Both the position numbers and the translations under genes were made by a program. Shown here piece by piece: positions 40,428 to 49,969 of a stretch of 64,000 nt of DNA. The stretch is from an uncultured Chthonomonadaceae bacterium. Lineage in GTDB: Bacteria; Armatimonadota; Chthonomonadetes; Chthonomonadales; Chthonomonadaceae. The notes below the pieces were generated by a model. It did not search any database. It saw only the letters and a list, made by a program, of their open reading frames with translations, and had not been told where the DNA came from. The DNA lies in contig CAWIEK010000037.1 of assembly GCA_963835065.1 (NCBI GenBank), positions 96,001 through 160,000 on the forward strand, written 5' to 3'. Every line of letters begins with the position of its first letter. Positions within the stretch are counted from its first letter, which is position 1.

Positions 40428-40755
40428 CGAAGCGCCTCCTTTTGCAAAGCAGTTGCAGTAGATAGTGTTGCAGGAAGAACCATCCCCGACGGTATTCGAG
40501 AGGATGGGAAGGGAATCTGAAGAATTCTGAAAAAGCAAGACAGTGCAAGCCGAAACGCGAACAGGATTACCGCAGGATTGCATAGGCGCAGATAATCACG
40601 AAGATTATAGCACGGTCACGCAATTCTGTCTACGCCGACAGGCGAACAATCGGCGTACTCCTTCGACGCGGACGCAGGAAATTCCTTCTTTGCGCGTGAA
40701 ACATTACTCGTGCTATAATGCGGCAGAGGTTTTGAGTGGAAAAGGAGGCGGTAAA

Positions 40756-41154
40756 ATGGCATTGCCACAAATGCTCGAAGGCACATGGGAAGAAATCAAG
40801 CAGCACGAGGCGGAACTGTCCGGCCAGCGATTGCGCGTGTACATCAACCCCGATATTGAAGCGCCCGGACAAACGGCAAAGAAGGTTCGGACGCAACCAA
40901 AACAAAAAGGCCGGCCTGAACAGTTGCGCGGGCGAGGGATGCTTGCAGGAGTGTTAAGCACTGAAGAGTTCCTGCGCCGCAAACACGAAGAAACGGCTCA
41001 GACTGTTGGAGCAGTGGCGACTCCCCAATTGGACAGCGGCACGGCAAGCCGCCCCTCAGTCTTAGGCAAGTATGCTTTTGTCGCCGGTGGCTCCGAGGAG
41101 TTTGCAAAAGAAAAGCAAGCGGAGATAGCGCGTAAAGATAACAAGTTCAAATAA
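40756..41154 (+). CDS. Small hypothetical protein (antitoxin-like)
   Basis: AAAGGAGG RBS; LEGTWEEI N-terminus; STEEFLRRK and SEEFAKEK repeats. Confidence 0.6.
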   Translation: MALPQMLEGTWEEIKQHEAELSGQRLRVYINPDIEAPGQTAKKVRTQPKQKGRPEQLRGRGMLAGVLSTEEFLRRKHEETAQTVGAVATPQLDSGTASRPSVLGKYAFVAGGSEEFAKEKQAEIARKDNKFK

Positions 41155-41664
41155 CCGTTTTCGATAGGCAGCAGCGCCCCTGTTATAATTGGTACACGCC
41201 CACAAAAAAGCAACAGAAAAAGAGCAAAATAATTCGAAAAAAAGCGAACCCTTTGCCCCACGCAACCGTCTAAACAGTAGAATAGTGTCTATTATACAGA
41301 GACGAAGGCTGAAAGTTCGAGTTCCTCTCAACTCTCAACCCTCAACTCTCAACCAAGACAAAAGGGAGGTGCAAAGCCTATGTTTCACCCCTCCCGCTCG
41401 CCCTGATGCTTTCGAGGTCACGACGCCTCTCTCCTACAATCTGACACAACGAGACATCGGGCTGGAAGCGCTGCATTGCCAAGATTTCGACGATGCCTCT
41501 ACATACTCTTTTTTCTACCTGCCGCTTGCCAACGCTTTCAAGACTTCCGCTTGGTAAATGACGGACTTACCGCAGGTTCAGGAAGGGATATGTCTACGGA
41601 TCCTTAGAGCCACTCCCAATAGGCGCGGCATTTGCGCCCGAAGGACAGTTGCCGGGTACTTTCA

Positions 41665-41803
41665 GAAATAGCGCCCGTGTGGTTGCCAGGGGTTGAAACC
41701 CCCTGTCTGGACAAAGCAAGCGTCTTGCAGACGCGCCCATGCTTTCGGGAAGTTGCGTCTGGAAGACGCTTGCACTTTCCTGCCGGGGATTTTCAATCCC
41801 CGG
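41665..41803. repeat. Palindromic MITE/REP-like element, copy 1
   Basis: GGGGTTGAAACCCC..GCAAGCGTCTTGCAGACGC..GCGTCTGGAAGACGCTTGC..CCGGGGATTTTCAATCCCCGG; near-identical inverted copy at 46487-46627. Confidence 0.85.
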
Positions 41804-41828
41804 CCTAACGGCGACAGGTTCTTAGCGT

Positions 41829-42857
41829 TTACAAACTGCGCCCAATAGCCTGAGCGATTTTTTCCAGTTCGTGCATGGTGGCGCGGAACTGTTCGGGCGT
41901 CAGGGATTGCGCCCCGTCAGACAGGGCTTGCTGCGGGCAGGGGTGTACCTCCACAATCAGGCCGTCGGCTCCCGCGGCGATGGCGGCGCGGCTTAACGCG
42001 GGAACGTAACGCGCCACGCCCACGCCGTGCGAGGGGTCTACGATCACGGGCAGGTGCGACATGTGCTTGAGGACAGGAACGGCGTTCAGGTCGAGCGTGT
42101 TGCGGGTATACGCGCGGTCAAGCGGATGGACGCCGCGCTCGCACAGCATCACATCCTGCGTCCCATGATGCAGCAGGTACTCGGCGGCCAGCAGAAACTC
42201 GTCAATGGACGCGCTCGGCCCGCGCTTGAGCAGGGTGGGATGCCCGGAGCGTCCCGCCGCGATGAGCAGGGGATAGTTCTGCATGTTCCGCGCCCCGATT
42301 TGCAGTATGTCCACGTGCGCGGCCACTTTTTCCACGTCTTCGGGTGACATCACTTCCGTAATCGTCAGGATGCCCAACTCGTCGCCGACTTCCTTGAGCA
42401 GTTTCAAGCCTTCCACGCCCAAGCCCTGAAAGGCGTAGGGGGAAGTGCGGGGCTTGTACGCGCCGCCGCGCAAAACTTTCGCGCCCCCCGCCTGTACCGC
42501 GCGGGCGGACGCGAAAATCTGGTCGCGGGTTTCCACGCTGCACGGCCCGGCCATAACCACGCACTGATTGCCGCCGATTTCAACCCCCTTAATGTTGATA
42601 ACCGTGTCCACGCGGTGAAATTCGCGGGACGCCAGTTTATACGGGCGGCTGATCTGTACGACGTGATCCACGCCGGGCAGAGCAGACAGGGAGGTGGAAA
42701 GCGGTTCGCGCACATCGGGCGGAATGGCGCTGGCAACGCCGATAGCGACATGCTCGTCGCCGGGCAGGCGCAATGCCTGCATTTTGTAATGTTCGATGCG
42801 CCCGACAACATCGTCTATCTGTTCGGGCGTGGCTTCCTGGTTCATCAGTACCATCAT
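41829..42857 (-). CDS. aroF: DAHP synthase type I-beta with N-terminal regulatory domain
   Basis: AGPCSVE, RGGAYKPRTSPY.FQG, QIGARNMQN, LKRG, CERG, DPSH. Confidence 0.93.
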   Translation of the reverse strand: MMVLMNQEATPEQIDDVVGRIEHYKMQALRLPGDEHVAIGVASAIPPDVREPLSTSLSALPGVDHVVQISRPYKLASREFHRVDTVINIKGVEIGGNQCVVMAGPCSVETRDQIFASARAVQAGGAKVLRGGAYKPRTSPYAFQGLGVEGLKLLKEVGDELGILTITEVMSPEDVEKVAAHVDILQIGARNMQNYPLLIAAGRSGHPTLLKRGPSASIDEFLLAAEYLLHHGTQDVMLCERGVHPLDRAYTRNTLDLNAVPVLKHMSHLPVIVDPSHGVGVARYVPALSRAAIAAGADGLIVEVHPCPQQALSDGAQSLTPEQFRATMHELEKIAQAIGRSL

Positions 42858-43060
42858 TGGTTTGCTGCTTTCTGTTTCTGTTCTCGTCGTTGAAAATAAG
42901 TTCAGGTATTCAGGTGTTCGGTGTTCAGGTCTTCGGTATTGGTTTGTATTGTGACCGAAATTGCCCGTTCTGCGCAAGAGACAATTTGAACGGATGCTTA
43001 ATTTGCGCGTAGTTGCTGATGTGGCGGCAGTAATAAACAAACCAACATGAAGGACACGAT

Positions 43061-44366
43061 ATGGCTCTATTAGATGTACGAATGGCGCGGCGGCAGTTTA
43101 CTTCCCTGGCGCAAACGTGGGAGGGACAGCCCGCCGTTTTCTTTGACAATCCGGGCGGGACGCAGGTTCCCGATGGCGTGATTGAGGCGACTGTGCGCTA
43201 TTACCGGGAGCAGAACGCCAATGTCGGCGGCGCGTTTCCGACCAGTCGGCGTACCGATGACGTGGTGACGCGGGCGCGGCAGGACATGGCCGACCTGCTC
43301 AACGTCGCGCATCCGCATGAAATCGTTTTCGGCGCGAACATGACCACGCTGACGTTTCATCTGGCGCGCTCGCTTGCAGACACAATACAGCCCGGCGACG
43401 AAATTGTCGTCACCAATCTGGATCACGACGCCAATGTCGCGCCCTGGACGGATTTGAAGGCGCAGGGTGCAGTCGTAAAAATCGTGGATATTGATACCAA
43501 CGATTGTACGCTGTCATTGGACGGTTTTCGGGAGGTTTTGTCGGAGCGGACGAAACTGGTAGCGATTTCTCACGCTTCCAATGCGGTAGGAACGGTTCCC
43601 GACGTATCCGCGATTACCCGGTTGGCGCATGAAGTGGGCGCTTTGGTGTTTGTGGATGCGGTTCAGTTCGCGCCGCATGGCCCAATTGACGTGCAGGCAT
43701 TAGATTGCGATTTTCTGGCCTGCTCCGCGTACAAGTTTTTCGGCCCGCACGTTGGCATCCTGTACGGCAAAGCCGAACATCTGGAGCGCCTGACGCCACA
43801 CAAAGTACGCCCCTCCAAAAACGCGATTCCGTATCGGTGGGAAACGGGTACACTCAACCATGAAGGGCTTGGCGGGCGTGTCGGCAGCCGTGCAGTACCT
43901 TTCCACATTGACGCAGGGAGGAATACAGGCGGCAGGCGGCACTTCTCTAAACGGATCGGACACGAACATAGCCGCAGCAGAACCGCATCACAAGCCGCGC
44001 CGTCACGACACGCTGGGCAAAGCGATGCAAATGGTGAAAGCGTATGAGGAAACGCTGTCGGCCTACTTGCTGGAACGCTTGAAACCGTTTGAAGACATTA
44101 CCTTGTACGGCATTGCCGACGCAGGACGCCTTGCCAATCGCGTACCGACTTTTGCGTTCACCTGGCCGCGCTTATCGCCCCGCGCAACGGTTGAGCATCT
44201 GGCGCAGCATGGTATCGCCGCCTGGTCCGGCAACTATTACGCCCTGCGCCTGATGGAGCGTTTGGGATTGGAAGCGGAGGGCGGGGCCGTCCGCATCGGG
44301 CTGGCGCACTACAACACCACTGAAGAGATTGACCGCTTGATTGCCGCGCTCCATGAGGTTCACTAA
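43061..44366 (+). CDS. Cysteine desulfurase-like aminotransferase class V, frameshift near 43871
   Basis: DNPGGTQVP, DHDAN, DAVQFAPH, SAYKFFGPH, ETGT; C-terminus GNYYA..VRIGLAHYNT in a second frame. Confidence 0.88.
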
Positions 44367-44368
44367 AC

Positions 44369-46390
44369 ATGACAAAATTCACGTTATGGTTGTGCTGCCT
44401 GCTGCTGATGGCGGGAACCGCGCAGGCTGCGGAACATAAACTTACGCTGACGCCCAACATGGTGATTAACGAAACCGGGCTTGGCAATGCGGCCTTGCTG
44501 GTGGATGAGCAGGAACAGGTTGGCGACCCGGCGAGCGGCAAGGCGCAGGCTCCCGCGCATCCGTTCTTTCCCGGCTGGACGGCCTGGTACTATCCCGCGC
44601 ATGTGATTATTGATTTGGGCGCGAAACACCACGTCACACGGGTTTTTCTGTACAACGAGACCGGGCAGAATGAGGTCGTGGTTTCGCATGGCACACTGCT
44701 TGCCTGGAAACCGCAAACCGTCGCGCTGGACGGCTACCGAAATTGGAAGGCGTGTCAGATAGATGCCGATACGCGCTATCTGCGCTTGACATTGCCCCGG
44801 CCCGTTTCGCTGCCGGAGATCGTTGTTTATGGCGAACGACTCGAAGCCGCCCCGCCCGCGCCTGCGCCCCGAAAACGAACATTGCCGCTGATGCAGGATT
44901 TTATCGGCGCGAACGTGTTTATTGATGATCCGATAGACAAAATCGCCACGCCCATCGGGTTTGCGCGGGAGTACCATTCGTGGAGTTGGGATGTGGAAAA
45001 CGCCGACCTGCAAACGCGCTTTCAGCCGAGCGCGGCGGGCGGAGGCAATTCCTGGTTCTTCGATGATTACTATCGCAAACTGAAAAGTCAGGATGTGACC
45101 GTTTGCCCCGCAATGCAGGGCTTGGTGACAGCCCTGTATCCGGGCGCGGATTTCGACCACAAGCCGGTGGACAAGACAGCCAATGACAAAGTGGGCGATG
45201 AAAAGGCCGGGAATAAAGAAGTCAATGCAAAAGAAGCCAACCCAATGGAAAGCCGCGCGGAAAATCCTGCCGCGTACCGCCGCCACGCCGCGCATTTGTT
45301 TCAGTACGCCGCCCGGTATGGCAGCCATTCCGTGCCGGATGAAAAGCTGGCGTTAGCATCCGGGCAGCCGCGCAAAAGCGGGTTGGGATTGCTGCGCTAT
45401 CTTGAAAACTGGAACGAACCGGACAAAACATGGCGGGGGCGGGAAGGCTTGTTTACGCCCTTTGAACTGGCCGCAATGTCGAGCGCGGATTACGACGGCG
45501 ATCAGGGCAGGATGGGCGCGAACATCGGCGTAAAGCAGGCCGACCCGAACCTGCGGCTGGTATTGGGCGGACTGGCAGGCTTGAACCTGGATTACTTACG
45601 CGCCATGAAACTGTGGGCGGACGCGCATCGGGGCGGCAGTTTCCCCGCCGACGCGCTGAACCTGCACCACTATTGCAGCACGGGCAACGAGCAGGGTTTC
45701 CAGCCGAACGGCAAGGGCATCAGCCCGGAAGACGATCATCTCAAGGAAAAATTGGCGTCCATCGTTGACTGGCGTAACCGCTATTTGCCGGACAAAGAAG
45801 TGTGGGTCACGGAGTTCGGGTACGATACCAACCCCAAATCGCCCCTCCATGCGCCTGCTCTTGGAACCCTGTCCGCCGAGCAGGTACAGGCCGCGTGGCT
45901 GGTACGCAGTTACTTCGCGCTGGCGGCGGCAGGCGTAGACCGGGCGGCAATGTTCATGCTGCGGGACGTGAAATCGGATGGCGGCGGCGTGTTCGAGACA
46001 TGCGGATTGGTGACGGAAAAAGGCAAGTGGGAACCAAAACCTTCTTGGTACTACGTGGCAACGCTGAAACACCATCTTGCAAATATGCGCTTTGCCGGAG
46101 AAGTGGCTTCAGGAAGGCCGGACGTGCTAATCTATGAGTTTCAAGGCACACACAAGCGCGAAAGCGTGTATGCCGTCTGGTGTCCCACAAGCGAAGACAA
46201 GCATATAGCAGGCTACCATTTCCCGCGCAAAATTGCCGACACAGATCATACAGCGCAAATCACGCTGACCAACGGCAAAACGGAAGGCAGCAGCCAGCCG
46301 TTACGCAGTGAGAACGGAACGCTGTCCCTTGCCGTCAGCGAAACGCCCATACTGCTGCGCGTTACGAAAGCAGTTTCTGCCGGAAAGTAA
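44369..46390 (+). CDS. Secreted clan GH-A glycoside hydrolase with N-terminal discoidin/F5-8-like domain
   Basis: Signal peptide; IDLG..RYLRL; ENWNEPD acid/base and VWVTEFG nucleophile motifs. Confidence 0.7.
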   Translation: MTKFTLWLCCLLLMAGTAQAAEHKLTLTPNMVINETGLGNAALLVDEQEQVGDPASGKAQAPAHPFFPGWTAWYYPAHVIIDLGAKHHVTRVFLYNETGQNEVVVSHGTLLAWKPQTVALDGYRNWKACQIDADTRYLRLTLPRPVSLPEIVVYGERLEAAPPAPAPRKRTLPLMQDFIGANVFIDDPIDKIATPIGFAREYHSWSWDVENADLQTRFQPSAAGGGNSWFFDDYYRKLKSQDVTVCPAMQGLVTALYPGADFDHKPVDKTANDKVGDEKAGNKEVNAKEANPMESRAENPAAYRRHAAHLFQYAARYGSHSVPDEKLALASGQPRKSGLGLLRYLENWNEPDKTWRGREGLFTPFELAAMSSADYDGDQGRMGANIGVKQADPNLRLVLGGLAGLNLDYLRAMKLWADAHRGGSFPADALNLHHYCSTGNEQGFQPNGKGISPEDDHLKEKLASIVDWRNRYLPDKEVWVTEFGYDTNPKSPLHAPALGTLSAEQVQAAWLVRSYFALAAAGVDRAAMFMLRDVKSDGGGVFETCGLVTEKGKWEPKPSWYYVATLKHHLANMRFAGEVASGRPDVLIYEFQGTHKRESVYAVWCPTSEDKHIAGYHFPRKIADTDHTAQITLTNGKTEGSSQPLRSENGTLSLAVSETPILLRVTKAVSAGK

Positions 46391-46430
46391 GAGCCTCTCT
46401 CAGCAGGCGCGGCATTCACATCCACCTGTT

Positions 46431-46653
46431 GCCGGGTATTGAAAACGTCTGCTGTGAAATGGGATGCCGGGTACCGACACGAGCGTTCCGAGTGTTGAAA
46501 ACACCCGGCAGGAAAGAGCAAGCGTCTTGCAGACGCAACTTCCCGAAAGCAGGGGCGCGTCTGCAAGACGCTTGCTTTGTCCAGACAGGGGTTTTCAACC
46601 CCCGGTAAACCACACGGACGCTATTCCACAGCAAGCGTTTTCAATCCCCGGCC
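46431..46653. repeat. Palindromic MITE/REP-like element, copy 2 (inverted, with extra outer repeats)
   Basis: Core 46487-46627 is the reverse complement of 41665-41803; flanked by GCCGGGTATTGAAAACG and CGTTTTCAATCCCCGGC. Confidence 0.85.
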
Positions 46654-46697
46654 ACTTGGAAGCAATTTGGCGCGGCGTAAAATGCTATACTAAACGC

Positions 46698-47699
46698 ATG
46701 GACGAGCGAGAATTCGTGAAGCGGAAACGGGAAGGGTGGGAGCAGCTTGCCGCGCTGGTCGAGAAGGCGAGCGGCAAAGGCAATGTCCGGGCGTTAAGCC
46801 GGGAGGAGCTGCTGGCGCTTGGCCCGTTGTATCGCCGCGCCTGTTCTGACCTGGCGTATGCCCGCGTTCATGCCGTCAGCGCGGACACCCTCGCGCACCT
46901 GAACCAACTCGTCGGGCAGGCACATGCCCTGCTGTACGAGGCCGAACACTCCGGGCGCGCGCTGCGTTCCGTCGTAGACTTCTACCTGTACGATTTCCCC
47001 GCCCTGCTGCAAAAACACGTCCGCTACTTTCTCGCCGCTTTCGGCCTGACCCTGATTGGCGCGTTTTACGCCTACTGGTTCGTGCAGACGCATCCCACGC
47101 AGGAAGAGGTTTTCATTCCGCCGCAGTTCAAGAGTTCGTTCGAGCATTGGAAGAACGGAGCCGGGGCGCAGGACCCGAGCGCGGAAATGTCGGGCTTTCT
47201 CTTTACCAACAATCAGCGTGTGGGCTTGTTCGCGTATGCGTCCGGCGTGGCGGCGGGCGTCCCGACGTGCTACCTTCTTTTTAATAACGGCGCGACGCTC
47301 GGCGCGTTGTCCGCAGTGGTCACGCAATCCCACCAACACGCGCATTTATGGCCGGGTATTTTGCCGCACGGCATTGCCGAACTGACGGCGATTTTCATTT
47401 GCGGCGGCGCGGGCCTGCTGATTGGCGGTTCCCTTCTGCTGCCCGGACGCTATCGCCGCTCCGAGTCCTTCCGCAAAGCCGGCTTGGAGTCTATCTATCT
47501 CGTTTTGGGCACAATCCCCCTGTTTGTGTTCGCGGGCATCGTGGAGGGGATGTTTTCGCATCTTGGACTGCCCGGCTGGATGCGCCTATTATTTGCCGGA
47601 TTGAACGGCGTCCTGTGGTACATCTATCTGTTCCTGCCGCGCCGCAAGCCGGAACCCGCCGCCCCGCCGCCAACTTCGCGGAACTTGACTGCCGCGTAG
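46698..47699 (+). CDS. Stage II sporulation protein M-like membrane protein
   Basis: LYRRACSDLA, TNNQRV, NGATLG, ILPHGIAELTAI, AGIVEG. Confidence 0.85.
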   Translation: MDEREFVKRKREGWEQLAALVEKASGKGNVRALSREELLALGPLYRRACSDLAYARVHAVSADTLAHLNQLVGQAHALLYEAEHSGRALRSVVDFYLYDFPALLQKHVRYFLAAFGLTLIGAFYAYWFVQTHPTQEEVFIPPQFKSSFEHWKNGAGAQDPSAEMSGFLFTNNQRVGLFAYASGVAAGVPTCYLLFNNGATLGALSAVVTQSHQHAHLWPGILPHGIAELTAIFICGGAGLLIGGSLLLPGRYRRSESFRKAGLESIYLVLGTIPLFVFAGIVEGMFSHLGLPGWMRLLFAGLNGVLWYIYLFLPRRKPEPAAPPPTSRNLTAA

Positions 47700-47717
47700 C
47701 GCGTAAAGTCAGGAGCA

Positions 47718-47857
47718 GGGTGTTCAGGTATTCGGGTGTTCAGGTGTTCGGGTACTCAGGTATTGGCGCTCTCTTTAGTCTTAGCTGTCAAGACGTACAA
47801 ACTCGGATTCTCAATACCTGAACACCTGAACACCAAACACCTGAACACCTGAACACC
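47718..47857. repeat. Inverted octamer doublet (GGTGTTCA)n ... (GAACACCT)n
   Basis: Arms at 47718-47764 and 47812-47857; a lone arm of the same family lies at 42901-42940. Confidence 0.85.
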
Positions 47858-47871
47858 GGAGACCTGACCGT

Positions 47872-49875
47872 ATGCCTCAATCCGAACCGGATGGCTGTCC
47901 GCGCGACGCGCTTGCCCAATTGCGCCAACGATACCCCGACGCTCCTTTTCTGGCGTTGGGGCAAACCGTCTTTTGGGACGAACCCGTGAAGGCCGCGCTG
48001 CGCAAACTGCTGGATGACAACCATCTCGGCGGGCATATCATACTGGGCGTTCACGACACGGACTATTTCGCCAAAGCGCAATTGCCGTACTCCAAGCAGA
48101 AACGGTTCGCGCTGATGCCGCACAACGACGGCAGCACCAAATCTCTGTGGTCGGCGGCGGGCGAAATCTCTACCCTGTTCGGCAGCGAAACCTTTCCCAC
48201 GCGGCACGATTACGCGCGCTGCGGCGTGGCGTTTCGTAAATTGGCCCGCGCCCATCCCGGCGGGGCGCAGGCGTTTTTGGATGACCTGACCGAAGCGTGG
48301 GGCTGGCGCGGGCTGGTGTATACGGGTTCGCGTGACCTGATCGTACATTACCTGCCGCTCAAGGAAGTCGGCGACGGCATTATGGAAATGCTGCGGTGGG
48401 GCTTCGACAACGCCCTGTCGCAAATCGTGCCCGGCTGCTGTCAGGACGAGGCGAAGCGCGTTACCGATACCATCATGGGCTGGTGCGCCGACTTTCGGCA
48501 GGCCAACCCCGACAAAAACCTCACCCATCTATTTCAGCACTTATTGCCCCTGTTTTATGAATTGCTGCTTGGTTCGCCACTCCAAAACATCAGCGTAGAC
48601 TGCACCACGAACCTGCTCCGCCTGACCCCGGCAACAGCGCATCGGCCCCGCTTCCGCTTTGTAGATTTGTTTCTCAATCCCGATACGCGCGAACACGCCC
48701 TCCATGCCTACAATACCGCGCTTGCCGGTTCGGAAATGTACACGCTGGATCGTTTTGGCGCGGGCGCATTGCCATTTGACATTATCCTGCCGGAACGGGG
48801 CCGGGGAACCCTGCGCGTGACGCCCCGCGTCCTCTTCGTGGAAACCCGGCAGCCCGTCGCCATCGGCCTGAAGAAACCTGTCGAATCCATACAGGAATTG
48901 GCGGAAATTTTGAACCGCAAATTAGGCGATGAGATTACACTCGTCGGTAAAGCGGTATCCCTTGTTTCCATGCTGGCGCAGGAGTTTATCTTTGTTTTCA
49001 ATGAGGAAGGCTCGCTGTATGTGCGCCGAACCCGGCAAATGAACGACATGCTGGCGGAAAAAGGGATTGCCTTAGATATGCGCCCCATTCTGCGCATGCG
49101 CTATCATACTTGGGACGCGCTGTGTGTGGGCAAATCCACCCTGCGCCCCACCGAGCATCTTGCCGCTGCTTTCGGACAGAAAACCATTACCACGCCCGAA
49201 TTCGCCGCGCACTGGAAGCAGGTGATTCAGGAACAGCGCCAGTTGTGCAAGGACATTGCGCAGGTACACAAGCCCTTGCAGTTGCTCCAATTCTTACAAA
49301 AACGCAGCAGCACAGAGGATTGGGAGGAGCAAACGCGCGCCCACCAAAAGGCCAAACAACTCCTCTATGAGAATTGGGAAGAAGCGGCAGTCCTTCAGAA
49401 GCAGATTGACGCGCTTTACGCCACCCGGCGTCAACTGAAACAGCGCAGTCTGGAAACCCAAACGGCGCAGGGAGCGCATTTTCGCAGCGTAAGCGAATGG
49501 ACACCTGAAGCCCATGCAACCCGCGCCGCTTATAAGGAAGCAGCGCGCGCTCTGTGCCTGCAAAAGCGAAGTGTGTGCGGCGAAATTCGAGAGTTAAAAG
49601 TGCGCCGCCTTGCCCTGGAGCGCAGCGCGGATGCTGTTAATGCCCGCGAAACCCTTGCCCAAATCGAAGCCCGCGCCGAACTGGCGCGTATGCAGCTTGT
49701 GCGTAACGCCCTGCTGACCATTGAAGGCTTGACTCACACCAACCATCGCCCATCCGTCTGGTGGCTGCCCGTACTCGATCCCGCCGGCGACTGGTTCCGC
49801 CGCCTTGCGGACACGGCGGAAGTGTATATGGAACCTTTATTAAGGGGTCAGGAGTCAGGGGTCAGGGGCCAGTAA
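47872..49875 (+). CDS. Conserved hypothetical protein with C-terminal coiled coil
   Basis: 667-aa ORF with conserved-looking motifs (LGQTVFWDEP, HDTDYF, HND, RPSVWW); function not recognised. Confidence 0.75.
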   Translation: MPQSEPDGCPRDALAQLRQRYPDAPFLALGQTVFWDEPVKAALRKLLDDNHLGGHIILGVHDTDYFAKAQLPYSKQKRFALMPHNDGSTKSLWSAAGEISTLFGSETFPTRHDYARCGVAFRKLARAHPGGAQAFLDDLTEAWGWRGLVYTGSRDLIVHYLPLKEVGDGIMEMLRWGFDNALSQIVPGCCQDEAKRVTDTIMGWCADFRQANPDKNLTHLFQHLLPLFYELLLGSPLQNISVDCTTNLLRLTPATAHRPRFRFVDLFLNPDTREHALHAYNTALAGSEMYTLDRFGAGALPFDIILPERGRGTLRVTPRVLFVETRQPVAIGLKKPVESIQELAEILNRKLGDEITLVGKAVSLVSMLAQEFIFVFNEEGSLYVRRTRQMNDMLAEKGIALDMRPILRMRYHTWDALCVGKSTLRPTEHLAAAFGQKTITTPEFAAHWKQVIQEQRQLCKDIAQVHKPLQLLQFLQKRSSTEDWEEQTRAHQKAKQLLYENWEEAAVLQKQIDALYATRRQLKQRSLETQTAQGAHFRSVSEWTPEAHATRAAYKEAARALCLQKRSVCGEIRELKVRRLALERSADAVNARETLAQIEARAELARMQLVRNALLTIEGLTHTNHRPSVWWLPVLDPAGDWFRRLADTAEVYMEPLLRGQESGVRGQ

Positions 49876-49962
49876 CTACAATCTACATCCTCTGCCTGCT
49901 TGTAAGCAGAGGTGTTTGTGTAGTTCTCACCCCTGACCCCTTACTCCTGACCCCTGACCCCT
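49843..49962. repeat. Inverted heptamer doublet (GGGGTCA)n ... (CTGACCC)n
   Basis: The left arm encodes the last residues (RGQESGVRGQ) of the upstream ORF. Confidence 0.85.
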
Positions 49963-49969
49963 ACTGCCT

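Noticed and set aside
41160..41660. Small ORF or RNA after GGAGGTG at about 41365
   Set aside because: The ATG frame stops after 8 codons and the alternative frame has no recognisable motif or well-spaced RBS.
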